A stretch of DNA of 64,000 nt from NCBI GenBank assembly GCA_046712755.1, contig JBKKCM010000059.1, positions 9,107-73,106 on the forward strand, read 5' to 3'. The position numbers were made by a program, and so were the translations under genes. Source of the stretch: Nitrosarchaeum sp. GTDB lineage: Archaea > Thermoproteota > Nitrososphaeria > Nitrososphaerales > Nitrosopumilaceae. The notes beneath the pieces are model-generated. The model worked only from the letters and a program-made list of their open reading frames with translations, did not search any database and had not been told where the DNA came from. Position 1 is the first letter of the stretch, and each line of letters starts with the position of its first letter. Shown in pieces: positions 28,932 to 38,573 of this stretch.

Positions 28932-29231
28932 ATGGAAGAGATGGAGGAAATTCAGAATTTTGTTGATATGATAAACACAAGATATTCTAATTCAAAAGAG
29001 TATCAAAAAATGAAAATTGAAGAACTAAGTACAGAGATTAGAGAAGCTATAAAATTTCAACAAGAATCATTTCAAAGGATTGAAGAATTTGAAGTAAAAG
29101 AAGGACAACAGGACTTTATAAAATATGCAAAGATAATTTGTAAAAATACTACAGAAAGAGAAATATTAAAAATTCAAGAAGTTTATCTAAAAAAAATTGA
29201 AAAAGAATATCTCAAATCAAATAAAAAATAA
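28932..29231 (+). CDS. Hypothetical helical protein
   Basis: 99-aa Glu/Lys-rich ORF. Confidence 0.55.
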   Translation: MEEMEEIQNFVDMINTRYSNSKEYQKMKIEELSTEIREAIKFQQESFQRIEEFEVKEGQQDFIKYAKIICKNTTEREILKIQEVYLKKIEKEYLKSNKK

Positions 29232-29232
29232 A

Positions 29233-30165
29233 CTACAGATTGTCATACAACCAACATCGAACATATCCAGTTTTAGTTTTAAATTTCGGTGGGACTGTTT
29301 TGCATTTTTCTATTGCAAGTGGACATCTTTCAATGAAACGACATCGAGTTGGAGATTCTAAAAGACTAGGAGGTACACCTTTGATGTATTTAGGAGCATT
29401 TCCTTTTAATTTTGGGATTGACTCTAAGAGTCCTTGGGTGTAAGGATGTTTTGGGTTTTGGTAAATTTCATGAGAAGAACCAAATTCAACCATATGTCCA
29501 CCATACATTATTCCAATTTTATCAGCAATTTCAGATAAAACTGCTAGATCATGGGTAATTAGCATAAAGGACATGCCATCTTTTTTGAGTTTTTTTAAGA
29601 GATTGATAATTTGAGCCTGGATTAAAACATCAAGGGCAGTTGTAGGCTCATCTGCAATAACAAATTTTGGCTTTAGTAATAATGCCATAGCAATTATCAC
29701 TCTTTGTTTCATTCCGCCACTGAGCTCGTGAGGATATTTCTTTAAAACAACATCATTCAAACTTACAGAATGAATTGCATTTACAATTGTCTCATCTAAA
29801 TTACCATTGAAGTGGTGTTGCTTTAGAATTTCAATGAATTGTTCTTTTATGGTAAATACAGGATCAAGAGAATTCATCGCTCCCTGAAATATCATTGCGA
29901 TTTTTTTCCATCGAAATCTCTCAGTAAATTCTGATTCTGAAATACTCAGTAGTGAATTACCATCAAAAAGGATCTCTCCATTTATTGTACCTCCCAAAAG
30001 CATCCTAATAATAGAAAGACCCAAAGTGCTTTTACCACATGCACTTTCTCCTGCAATACCTATTGATTCGCCATCGACCAAATCAAAGTCTACATCATCT
30101 ACTGCATATACCGAACCCTTTGATGTATGGTATTGAGCAGAAAGCCCATTTACAATTAAGACCAT
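29233..30165 (-). CDS. Oligopeptide/dipeptide ABC transporter ATPase (DppD-like)
   Basis: GESACGKST, YPHELSGGMKQR, ADEPTT, HPYT. Confidence 0.93.
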   Translation of the reverse strand: MVLIVNGLSAQYHTSKGSVYAVDDVDFDLVDGESIGIAGESACGKSTLGLSIIRMLLGGTINGEILFDGNSLLSISESEFTERFRWKKIAMIFQGAMNSLDPVFTIKEQFIEILKQHHFNGNLDETIVNAIHSVSLNDVVLKKYPHELSGGMKQRVIIAMALLLKPKFVIADEPTTALDVLIQAQIINLLKKLKKDGMSFMLITHDLAVLSEIADKIGIMYGGHMVEFGSSHEIYQNPKHPYTQGLLESIPKLKGNAPKYIKGVPPSLLESPTRCRFIERCPLAIEKCKTVPPKFKTKTGYVRCWLYDNL

Positions 30166-30192
30166 GTATACAGTAGAACCAAACTAGGATTT

Positions 30193-30744
30193 TTGTTTTG
30201 CACTAGGGATATAAACAATTTGACAGAATGTAAAAAATTGATTCAAATGAAACTGCCAATATGTAATTTTGATGCAAAAAATACGGTACTTTATCCAAAG
30301 TGTGAGAGCAAGGTAGAATCAGGAAACATTGCAAAGGCAGACATTGATGCATCACCCAAACTAGCACAATTGGCCAAGTCAAATCAAATAATTGACAAAT
30401 TTATACTCTATTCATGTAAAGAATTTAATGGAAACTTTGTGTTGTCTTTAGCTAAAAATGACATTATGATAATTAAGCAAAGTCGTGTACTATACAGATT
30501 ACTTCAAGATCAATTTCAAGGTAAAATATGGCTAGCAGAAGCTGACGAAAACGATAAGAAATTCATAGAAGATTTATTCTTTCCAACAAAAATTTTGCCA
30601 ATTAATTTGGTCTGGGCTCCAGTACAAAAAACAAAGGCGGTTGTATCTGGAAAATGTACGCCTAGATTCCCAATTGACACAAACAAGGTCACTCAAATTG
30701 TCAAAAATGCCCGAAACCTTGACATTGAGATAGAATTTGAGTGA
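30193..30744 (+). CDS. Archaeal NusA-like/KH protein
   Basis: MKLPICNFDAK... family upstream of aspS; true start probably the internal ATG. Confidence 0.55.
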   Translation: MFCTRDINNLTECKKLIQMKLPICNFDAKNTVLYPKCESKVESGNIAKADIDASPKLAQLAKSNQIIDKFILYSCKEFNGNFVLSLAKNDIMIIKQSRVLYRLLQDQFQGKIWLAEADENDKKFIEDLFFPTKILPINLVWAPVQKTKAVVSGKCTPRFPIDTNKVTQIVKNARNLDIEIEFE

Positions 30745-32050
30745 AAAAGAGCGTGAAAATGGATTGGGATTTGTCAAAACTCACAATATTGCAGAATTAA
30801 ACGCAGACATTATTGGAAAAGAGGTTGTATTAGGAGGGTGGATTGAAGATCTCAGAAAATTAGGAAAGATGACATTTATCACATTACGTGACGCTTCAGG
30901 AATTTCTCAAATAATAGTAAAAGGGGAGTTAAATGACAATCTAGGAGAAATAAACCGTCAAAGTGTAATTAGTGTAAGAGGTATTGTACAAGAAACAAAA
31001 GCACGAGATTTTGATTTTGAGATAAAAGCAGATGAAATAGAGGTGTTAGCAAAGGCAGTACATCCATTACCAATTGATCCAATTGGAAGAGTAGAAAGCA
31101 ATATCGATACAAGATTAAATCACCGTGCATTAGATATGCGAAACCAGAAAACTGCATCAATTTTCAAATTACGACATTATGTATTAGAAACATTACGTAA
31201 AACATTGGCATCAAAAAAATTTATCGAGATTACAACACCAAAAATAATTGGTAGTGCAAGTGAAGGAGGAGCAAATCTATTTTCATTAGATTATTTTGGC
31301 AAGACTGCATATCTTGCTCAAAGTCCACAATTATACAAAGAACAAATGACAATAGGACTTGAGAGAGTTTATGAAATTTCTAATTTCTATAGAGCAGAGA
31401 ATTCACATACAGGTCGTCATCTTAGTGAATTTACTAGCATAGATATCGAAGCTGCATTTATGGACTATAATGATGTAATGAATATTTTAGAATCACTAGT
31501 AGTAGAAGTTTACAAAGATACATCAGAAAAGTGTAAGAAAGAACAAGAAAATATAGGTCATATAATTGAAATTCCAATATCTCCTTTTGAAAGAATAACA
31601 TACACCCAAGTAATTGATGAGCTAAAAAAAGTGGGTGAAAAAATAGAATTTGGAGATGACTTGCTTGATTCACATTTAAGAATAATTGGAAAGAACCATC
31701 CTGGATTTTATTTCCTCACTGACTGGCCAATGAAATTAAAACCATTTTACATAAGAGAAAAAGATGAAGACCCAAAATTATCACGCTCATTTGATCTTCA
31801 ATTTGGATATCTAGAGCTGGCATCTGGAGGAACTAGATTGCATAACCCAGAGATGTTAAAAGCCAGACTCAAAGAACAGGGTTTGGATCCAACACAATTT
31901 GCAGACCATCTTCAGACATTTGATTGGGGAATGCCACCTCACTCTGGTTGGGGAATGGGATTAGACAGACTAATGACTACGCTTATTGGAATAGACAATG
32001 TAAGGGAAGTTGTACTTTATCCAAGAGATCCCGATAGATTAAGTCCATAA
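30737..32050 (+). CDS. aspS: Aspartate-tRNA(Asp/Asn) ligase
   Basis: OB-fold N-terminus, YLAQSPQLYK, FYRAE, GMPPHSGWGMG. Confidence 0.96.
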   Translation: MSEKERENGLGFVKTHNIAELNADIIGKEVVLGGWIEDLRKLGKMTFITLRDASGISQIIVKGELNDNLGEINRQSVISVRGIVQETKARDFDFEIKADEIEVLAKAVHPLPIDPIGRVESNIDTRLNHRALDMRNQKTASIFKLRHYVLETLRKTLASKKFIEITTPKIIGSASEGGANLFSLDYFGKTAYLAQSPQLYKEQMTIGLERVYEISNFYRAENSHTGRHLSEFTSIDIEAAFMDYNDVMNILESLVVEVYKDTSEKCKKEQENIGHIIEIPISPFERITYTQVIDELKKVGEKIEFGDDLLDSHLRIIGKNHPGFYFLTDWPMKLKPFYIREKDEDPKLSRSFDLQFGYLELASGGTRLHNPEMLKARLKEQGLDPTQFADHLQTFDWGMPPHSGWGMGLDRLMTTLIGIDNVREVVLYPRDPDRLSP

Positions 32051-32090
32051 TCAATTCAGATTTTTATTGCAAAGGAAATAACAACATTAC

Positions 32091-32339
32091 ATGATAGAAC
32101 AAACAGATGCAAAAAAAGTAGTAGAAGTAATAGGAAACAATCTGATTGGGGTATCACATGATTCCAATAGCTTTCAAAAGTTACCAGATTCTTTTTGGGG
32201 GTATTTTGCAAGAGGGCATGACAAAAAAGGGACATTTGGCGTAATAGTCACTTATTCGGAAAGTGGAAATGATGTAGATGAACTAATCAAAATGTATGAA
32301 GAGTGGGCAAATAAAAATAAAAGTAAAGAATCAAAATAA
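32091..32339 (+). CDS. Hypothetical protein
   Basis: 82-aa ORF. Confidence 0.55.
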   Translation: MIEQTDAKKVVEVIGNNLIGVSHDSNSFQKLPDSFWGYFARGHDKKGTFGVIVTYSESGNDVDELIKMYEEWANKNKSKESK

Positions 32340-32340
32340 C

Positions 32341-32472
32341 CTACTTGGTTTCTTTTAAGAGTTTTCTATATTCGTGGCATTCCTTACAAATGGGCTTTCC
32401 CTTGTATTTTGGATTACCGTCTGTAATTTTTAATGTACTCTGATTTATTTTACAAATGCTACAAACAACCAT
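32341..32472 (-). CDS. 43-aa zinc-finger microprotein
   Basis: MVVCSICKINQSTLKITDGNPKYKGKPICKECHEYRKLLKETK*. Confidence 0.65.
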   Translation of the reverse strand: MVVCSICKINQSTLKITDGNPKYKGKPICKECHEYRKLLKETK

Positions 32473-32782
32473 AAGTAGACTCTAGAATGTACAATTTATA
32501 AAAATTGGTAATTTCTTCTAAAATGGGTAAATTCAGAGACATGACAATTAGGTTATTTTTATTAAATTATCATTTAGAGACAAGACAGGTAAAAAAACTA
32601 CGCCTAAATCAAACGAGTATTTTAAAAAAAATGCCAACCATATGATCAAATTATTTACACATTTGAGAGGATAATTAAAAATGCAATTATGTTCCATGGA
32701 TGAAAACTATCAGGCATTTTTGTGGATGGTAAAAACACAAAAAAGAATCCATGAAGAATACATTGAAAGAATTTCTTAATTT

Positions 32783-33796
32783 TTAGAGCCTATCGGTAAT
32801 TTCTTGAGTAAATTCAGATGTGGATTTGTCTCCGCCAATGTCTTTAGTTTTGACACCCCTTTTTACCAAATCAAAAATTGTAGATTCCAGTTTTTGACCA
32901 ACTGCAATACATTTTGAATCATTATGTTTTGCTCCAAGCCAGTCAAGCATCATTTTGATGGATAAGAGAAAGGATGAAGGATTTGCAATGTTTTTTCCTG
33001 CAATATCAAATGCGGCACCATGAACTGGTTCAAACAATGCAAAATTATCACCAATATTAGCAGCTGGTGCCATACCTAATCCACCTACAACTTGAGAGGA
33101 TTCATCAGATAAAATATCACCAAACAAATTGGTAGTTACTATGACATCAAATTGTTCTGGTTGGCGAATAAGATTCATAGCACATGCATCAACATACATT
33201 TGTTCAAATAAAATATCAGGATAGTTTTTTGCTACTTCACTACAAGATTTTGCAAATAATCCATCAGTAAGTCGCATTACATTGGATTTATGAACACATG
33301 TAACTTTTTTCATAGAGTTACGTTGTTTTGCAGTTTCAAATGCATATTTTGCAATTCTCTTTGAAGCATATTCTGAAATTATTCTCAATGCAACAGCCGA
33401 GTCCCCCAAGCTGAATTCTTTACCAGTGTAAAGATCCTCAGTATTCTCTCTAACAATTACCATGTCAATATCATCTCTTAATGCAGGCATGTGAGGGTAT
33501 GATTTTGCGGGGCGAATATTGGCATAAAGATCAAGAATACGTCTTAATACAACAATTACATCAGCTGCGCTTTCACCAACTGGTGCCTTTAAACAAGCAT
33601 CAGATTTTTTAATTGTGAATATAGTTTCATCAGGTAGTGCTTTTCCAGTTTCTTTTAATGCAGCATCGCCTGCATGTAATTTTGTAATATCAAATTTTAA
33701 ATCAAGTTTATCATGAATTGTACTCAATACAGATACCGCAGAATTAGAGAGTTCAGGTCCGATTCCATCACCAGTGATTAATGAGATTTTATACAT
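32783..33796 (-). CDS. leuB: 3-isopropylmalate dehydrogenase
   Basis: MYKISLITGDGIGPE, VRENTEDLY, NLFGDILSD, FEPVHG; start at 33796, not 33913. Confidence 0.9.
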   Translation of the reverse strand: MYKISLITGDGIGPELSNSAVSVLSTIHDKLDLKFDITKLHAGDAALKETGKALPDETIFTIKKSDACLKAPVGESAADVIVVLRRILDLYANIRPAKSYPHMPALRDDIDMVIVRENTEDLYTGKEFSLGDSAVALRIISEYASKRIAKYAFETAKQRNSMKKVTCVHKSNVMRLTDGLFAKSCSEVAKNYPDILFEQMYVDACAMNLIRQPEQFDVIVTTNLFGDILSDESSQVVGGLGMAPAANIGDNFALFEPVHGAAFDIAGKNIANPSSFLLSIKMMLDWLGAKHNDSKCIAVGQKLESTIFDLVKRGVKTKDIGGDKSTSEFTQEITDRL

Positions 33797-33894
33797 AATC
33801 AAAAATAATGTAAATGGGAATTTTAAATGATTGCTTAAAAAATATAGTGCAAAGTCAGGAAGGTTTATGTTTTGTGGATAAAAAGCGGTAAAAG

Positions 33895-34227
33895 ATGTTA
33901 AAAATAGAAGCAATAGTTAGGAGTTCAATGTTGCAAGATATTCAAGTAATATTAGCAAAAAATGGAATACCAACTTTTTCAGTGTATCAAGTACAGATAA
34001 CAGGAGTGCATAAAGCACATAAAAGTTTGAGAAATAAAACAAGTGATTTTATTCCAAAATCAAAGCTGGAGATTCTGTGTCCAGATAATACAGGAGATGA
34101 AATAGTCAAAATAATTCAAGATACCGCCAGAACAGGTGAAAAAGGAGACGGAATTGTATATGTTTACAAAATAAACAAATTAGTGAAAATCAGAAATGGA
34201 GATATAGATGAAAAGGCGTTATCATAA
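33895..34227 (+). CDS. Divergent P-II family protein
   Basis: KIEAIVR, DFIPKSKLE, ARTGEKGDG, KIRNG. Confidence 0.8.
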   Translation: MLKIEAIVRSSMLQDIQVILAKNGIPTFSVYQVQITGVHKAHKSLRNKTSDFIPKSKLEILCPDNTGDEIVKIIQDTARTGEKGDGIVYVYKINKLVKIRNGDIDEKALS

Positions 34228-34233
34228 TAAAAT

Positions 34234-35751
34234 TTAGTGCCCAATTTGTTTTTCATTAAACATTTTTTTGAGCATTATTCTGTTAATGCCGTCAATCACT
34301 GCTTGAACGCTGGTAGTAACAATGTCTTCACCGATAGATTTTGCAGAGACACTATTTCCTTGCGCATCTTCAACTCTGATTGTTACTTCACATAATGCAG
34401 TAGAACCGCCAGATATTGATGCCAAGCCATAGTCTTTGATTCTAAGTTCAGATATTTGTCCGGTGATTTTTTGAATGGCATTTAAGGCAGCATCTACTGG
34501 ACCAACACCATAATCAGTTCCTATAAAGTCCTTGCCATCAATGTTCAATTTAACAAATGCATAAGGCATTGTTCCAATTCCAGTAGATACTGAAAATCCA
34601 GTCAATTGGACAATTCGTTTGATTCCTTTTTCTCCTAGAATATTACTTGCAATAGAAAGTAGCTCAACATCTGTAATTTGTTTTCCTTGGTCACCAATAA
34701 TTTTTATTTTATCAAGAATTTGTTTTGCCTGATCATCTGTTGGGTGTATACCATATTCAGCAAGCATTGCGTTCATACCATGAATTCCTGCATGTTTTCC
34801 AACTTGAAGCCATCTCTTTCGCCCAACTAATTCAGGACTTATTGGCTCATAGGTTAATGGATTATTCAATATGCCATGGGTATGTATTCCAGACTCATGA
34901 CCAAATGCATTATCTCCAACAATTGCCTTGTTTGGTTGAACTTGAACACCTACAGTTTTTGAGATAAACCTAGATGTCTCATAGAGTAATTCAGATTTAA
35001 TTCCAGTTTCATATTTTTGATCATAAGGTAAGCACTTCAAGGCCATAACAAATTCTTCTAATGATGCATTGCCTGCTCTTTCACCAATTCCATTAATTGT
35101 GACATGAGCACATTGAGCACCTGCTCTTATTCCAGATAATGCATTGGCTACAGCCAACCCAAAGTCATTATGACAATGAACACTGATTGGAAGTTTTGTA
35201 GCTTCAATTGCATCTTTAGTGATTTCTGCCATAAATTCAGGAGTTGCATAACCAACAGTATCAGGAATGTCGATTCTGTCAGCACCCGCTTTTGCAACTT
35301 CACCAAATACATGTTTAAGAAAATTTCTGTCAGTTCTTGTTGCATCTTCTGCAGAAAACTCCACTTGTAGTCCTCGAGATTTACTGTATTCTACTGCATC
35401 TATTGCTTTTTCAAGTGCTTGTTCTCGTGTCATTTTGAGTTTATACTCTAAATGAATATCAGAAGTTGCAATAAAGGTGTGAATGTAGTTTAATCCTGCA
35501 TCAACTACAGCATCAATGTCTTTTTTATTAGTTCTAGCCAAACCACAGATATCAGAAGACAAACCTTCACTTGCAATCATCTTTACAGCTTTGAATTCAC
35601 CTTCAGAGATTACTGGAAATCCAGCTTCAATTGCATCAACACCAAGGATGTCGAGTTTTTTTGCAATGGCAAGTTTTTGATCTGGAGATAGTGAAATACC
35701 AGGTGTTTGCTCGCCATCTCTTAATGTTGTATCAAAAATTCTAATTCTCAT
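34234..35751 (-). CDS. leuA: 2-isopropylmalate synthase (LeuA/CimA family)
   Basis: DTTLRDGEQ, HCHND, HESGIH, GVGPVDA. Confidence 0.93.
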   Translation of the reverse strand: MRIRIFDTTLRDGEQTPGISLSPDQKLAIAKKLDILGVDAIEAGFPVISEGEFKAVKMIASEGLSSDICGLARTNKKDIDAVVDAGLNYIHTFIATSDIHLEYKLKMTREQALEKAIDAVEYSKSRGLQVEFSAEDATRTDRNFLKHVFGEVAKAGADRIDIPDTVGYATPEFMAEITKDAIEATKLPISVHCHNDFGLAVANALSGIRAGAQCAHVTINGIGERAGNASLEEFVMALKCLPYDQKYETGIKSELLYETSRFISKTVGVQVQPNKAIVGDNAFGHESGIHTHGILNNPLTYEPISPELVGRKRWLQVGKHAGIHGMNAMLAEYGIHPTDDQAKQILDKIKIIGDQGKQITDVELLSIASNILGEKGIKRIVQLTGFSVSTGIGTMPYAFVKLNIDGKDFIGTDYGVGPVDAALNAIQKITGQISELRIKDYGLASISGGSTALCEVTIRVEDAQGNSVSAKSIGEDIVTTSVQAVIDGINRIMLKKMFNEKQIGH

Positions 35752-36239
35752 GCTCCGCTCCTCTGCAAAGCCGCAACCCCTGTTCTTGCAACTTCAAGGA
35801 TTCCAAATGGTTTTGCCAATTCCTCAAAGGCTCTAATTTGATCAGGAGTGGCAGTCAACTCTACCATTATTGAATCCTTTCGTACATCATGTATTTTTCC
35901 GCCATATGCATTTGCTAATTTATTTACCTCCATGCTATCATTAGCATTACTTAGCTTAATCTTAAAAATACTTAGTTCTCGATATACTGTTTTGTGTTCA
36001 TCCAAGTGCTTTACTTCTATGGTATCAATCATTTTATCAAGTTGCTTTACTATTTGTTCAACTTGTTTTTCATCACCATATGTTGTAATAGTCATCCTTG
36101 AGTATTCGGGATTGTCAGTTACGCCCACAGAAATGCTATCAATATTAAAATTTCTGGATCTGAAAAGATGAGTAACCTTAAACAATATTCCAGGTTTATT
36201 TTCAACTAAAAGAGTAAGAATAGCCCACATGATAATCAC
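35748..36239 (-). CDS. ilvH: Acetolactate synthase small subunit
   Basis: ENKPGIL...RNFNIDSISVG ACT domain. Confidence 0.95.
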   Translation of the reverse strand: MIIMWAILTLLVENKPGILFKVTHLFRSRNFNIDSISVGVTDNPEYSRMTITTYGDEKQVEQIVKQLDKMIDTIEVKHLDEHKTVYRELSIFKIKLSNANDSMEVNKLANAYGGKIHDVRKDSIMVELTATPDQIRAFEELAKPFGILEVARTGVAALQRSGA

Positions 36240-37936
36240 TATGAAGGTAAAATCATATCCGCAAGAGAAGTTCCTGGTGCTACAAATGGCAATACATCTT
36301 CTTCAGGATCAATTGGAATATCAATTACTGTTGCAACATCACTTTTCAATGCTGTTTTGATGGCCTTATCAAGTTCATCCATTGACTGTGCACGTATTCC
36401 TTGAGCTCCATATGATTCAGCTAGTTTTACATAATCAGGACATTTTCCTTGATCAACTCCTATCATTCTTCTATTATAGAAAGTTCGTTGCCATTGTGCA
36501 ACCATTCCCAACGTAAAATTATTTAAGAGAAATACAATCACCGGGATATCTTCCAGTACTGCAGTTGCAAGAGAGTTTTCTGTCATGCTAAAACTACCAT
36601 CTCCTGCAATGTCCACTACAGGAACATCAGGTTTGGCTACTTTGGCACCAATGGCTGCAGGAAATCCCCACCCCATAGTTCCAAGTCCAGTAGAACTAAA
36701 GAAAGTGCCAGGTTGTATTACATCATAAAAAAGGGATGCCCACATTTGATGTTGGCCTACTTCAGTAGTTACAATAGATTCATGAGGCAATACTTCTCTG
36801 AGCTTTCTCAAGATTTTTGCGGCGCCCATTTCACCTGGATGTAGTTTCAAATTTTCTTTCCAATACTCTTTGGTTTCTTTTACATGTTTAATCCAAGTAT
36901 TTTCTTCAGTTCTTTTGATTGCTTTTTGCATAAGCATCTTTACCATAATTCTAAGTGATGCACGGACATCACCAACTACTGCAACTGATGTAGTTTGATT
37001 TTTACCAATTTCAGCTGGATCTACATCCATATGAATAATTTTCAGTCTCTTTTCAAATGCTTCAAAGGTTCCAACAGATCTATCAGAAAATCTTGTACCT
37101 ATTGCCAATACACAATCAGCTTCAATCATCATTTTGTTTGCCTCTGCGTGACCATGCATTCCAATTGGTCCCAATGATAATGGGTGATTTTCTGGAAATG
37201 CACCTTTTCCTTTGAAAGTAGTAACTACTGGAATCATAAGTAATTCAGCTATAGATTGAAGTTCTGCAAAGGCAGATGAGATGATTGTTCCCCCACCAGC
37301 TAAGATAATGGGTCTTTCTGCACTAAGTAACATCTCAAGTGCTCTTTCAACATTTGCAATATCAGGATTAGTCCATGGATGATAACCGCGAATTTTGAAT
37401 TCATCGGGAAAAGTCATAGATGCTTCTTTTTGTTGTACATCTTTTGGAATATCAATAAGAACAGGTCCAGGTCTACCAGTTTCTGCAATGTAAAATCCTT
37501 TTCTAACTACCATGGGAATTTCATCAGGAGATCTAGGTTGAAATGCATATTTTACAGCAGGATTTGCCATTCCGATAATATCACTTTCCTGAAATGCATC
37601 TTTTCCAATCATTGCCACTGGAACTTGACCAGTAACTGCAATCATAGGAGAAGAGTCAGCTTGCGCAGTAGCAATTCCAGTTAGAATGTTGGTGGCACCA
37701 GGTCCAGATGTAGCAAAACATACGCCAGGTTTTCTGCTAACTCGTCCAAATCCATCTGCCATATGTGCTGCAGATTGCTCATGTCTAACCAAGATATGTC
37801 GAATGTTACATCTAGCAAATTCATCATACATTGGAAGGTTTGCACCTCCGGGTAAGCCAAATACTTCTTTGACACCTTCTTTTTCCATAGCAACCATCAA
37901 TGCTCTTGCACCTGTCATAGTTTCCATTTTATTCAA
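36239..37936 (-). CDS. ilvB: Acetolactate synthase large subunit
   Basis: RHEQ, TSGPGATN, GDGSF TPP motif. Confidence 0.96.
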   Translation of the reverse strand: MNKMETMTGARALMVAMEKEGVKEVFGLPGGANLPMYDEFARCNIRHILVRHEQSAAHMADGFGRVSRKPGVCFATSGPGATNILTGIATAQADSSPMIAVTGQVPVAMIGKDAFQESDIIGMANPAVKYAFQPRSPDEIPMVVRKGFYIAETGRPGPVLIDIPKDVQQKEASMTFPDEFKIRGYHPWTNPDIANVERALEMLLSAERPIILAGGGTIISSAFAELQSIAELLMIPVVTTFKGKGAFPENHPLSLGPIGMHGHAEANKMMIEADCVLAIGTRFSDRSVGTFEAFEKRLKIIHMDVDPAEIGKNQTTSVAVVGDVRASLRIMVKMLMQKAIKRTEENTWIKHVKETKEYWKENLKLHPGEMGAAKILRKLREVLPHESIVTTEVGQHQMWASLFYDVIQPGTFFSSTGLGTMGWGFPAAIGAKVAKPDVPVVDIAGDGSFSMTENSLATAVLEDIPVIVFLLNNFTLGMVAQWQRTFYNRRMIGVDQGKCPDYVKLAESYGAQGIRAQSMDELDKAIKTALKSDVATVIDIPIDPEEDVLPFVAPGTSLADMILPS

Positions 37937-37946
37937 TCAAATCTAT

Positions 37947-38042
37947 CTCCATAATTTTAAGTGTTAAAACTCGGAGCACTTTTTACAGTACTAGATCAAC
38001 TAGTAATAAGACATCCAATTTACTAGTTATCGTTGTGCTCAT
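37947..38042 (-). promoter_or_regulatory. Attenuator-like leader with mutually exclusive hairpins
   Basis: GAGCAC/GUGCUC pairing competes with a hairpin in which CUCC pairs with the GGAG SD-like site of ilvB. Confidence 0.55.
37983..38042 (-). CDS. Putative ilv/leu leader peptide (19 aa)
   Basis: MSTTITSKLDVLLLVDLVL*; 6 Leu, 3 Val, 1 Ile; ends 46 nt before the ilvB TTG. Confidence 0.7.
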   Translation of the reverse strand: MSTTITSKLDVLLLVDLVL

Positions 38043-38165
38043 TGAAATTCAAATGTAATATACAACTGATAATTAATAAAGATTCTCAGAAAATTACTAG
38101 TGTTTTTTGACGTGCTTAGTCCAGAAGACTTAAACTGATAATTTTTCATATTTTGAATAACGATT

Positions 38166-38570
38166 TTGTCTGAAAATGAGGAAATTATTAGGATAATTGA
38201 AACACTGTTTGAATCAGGAAAGACAAAGGATTTTTCATCACTTAGAGACATTCATCTCAATGATTCTAGATTTTCAAGTTTCAGTGATTTACCACCATAC
38301 GATCTAAAAGATTTTCAAACTACCGTTGAATTAGAGGAATTAAAATTCATAAGTATTTCTGATTATGACTATCAAATTAAAAATCCAAAAATAAGTGTAT
38401 TTGGAAATGCAGCTGTTGTAGCTTTGGAATTAAATCAAAAAGGAATGTTAGTAGATAACAAAGCATACACAGGTGAACATATTTCAATTGAAGGTAGAGC
38501 AACTTTTGTGTTAGTTAAACAACCAACATGGAAAATTGTACACATCCATCTATCTAAAATAAAAAACTAA
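38166..38570 (+). CDS. SnoaL/NTF2-like protein
   Basis: VFGNAAVV...RATFVLVKQPTWKIVHIHLS. Confidence 0.8.
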   Translation: MSENEEIIRIIETLFESGKTKDFSSLRDIHLNDSRFSSFSDLPPYDLKDFQTTVELEELKFISISDYDYQIKNPKISVFGNAAVVALELNQKGMLVDNKAYTGEHISIEGRATFVLVKQPTWKIVHIHLSKIKN

Positions 38571-38573
38571 AAG

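Noticed and set aside
33797-33913. N-terminal extension of LeuB
   Set aside because: It overlaps the P-II start and the intergenic promoter; the family start is MYKISL at 33796.
38039-38251. 70-aa minus-strand ORF upstream of ilvB
   Set aside because: It is antisense to the SnoaL gene with no motif; the short leader ORF in another frame explains the region better.
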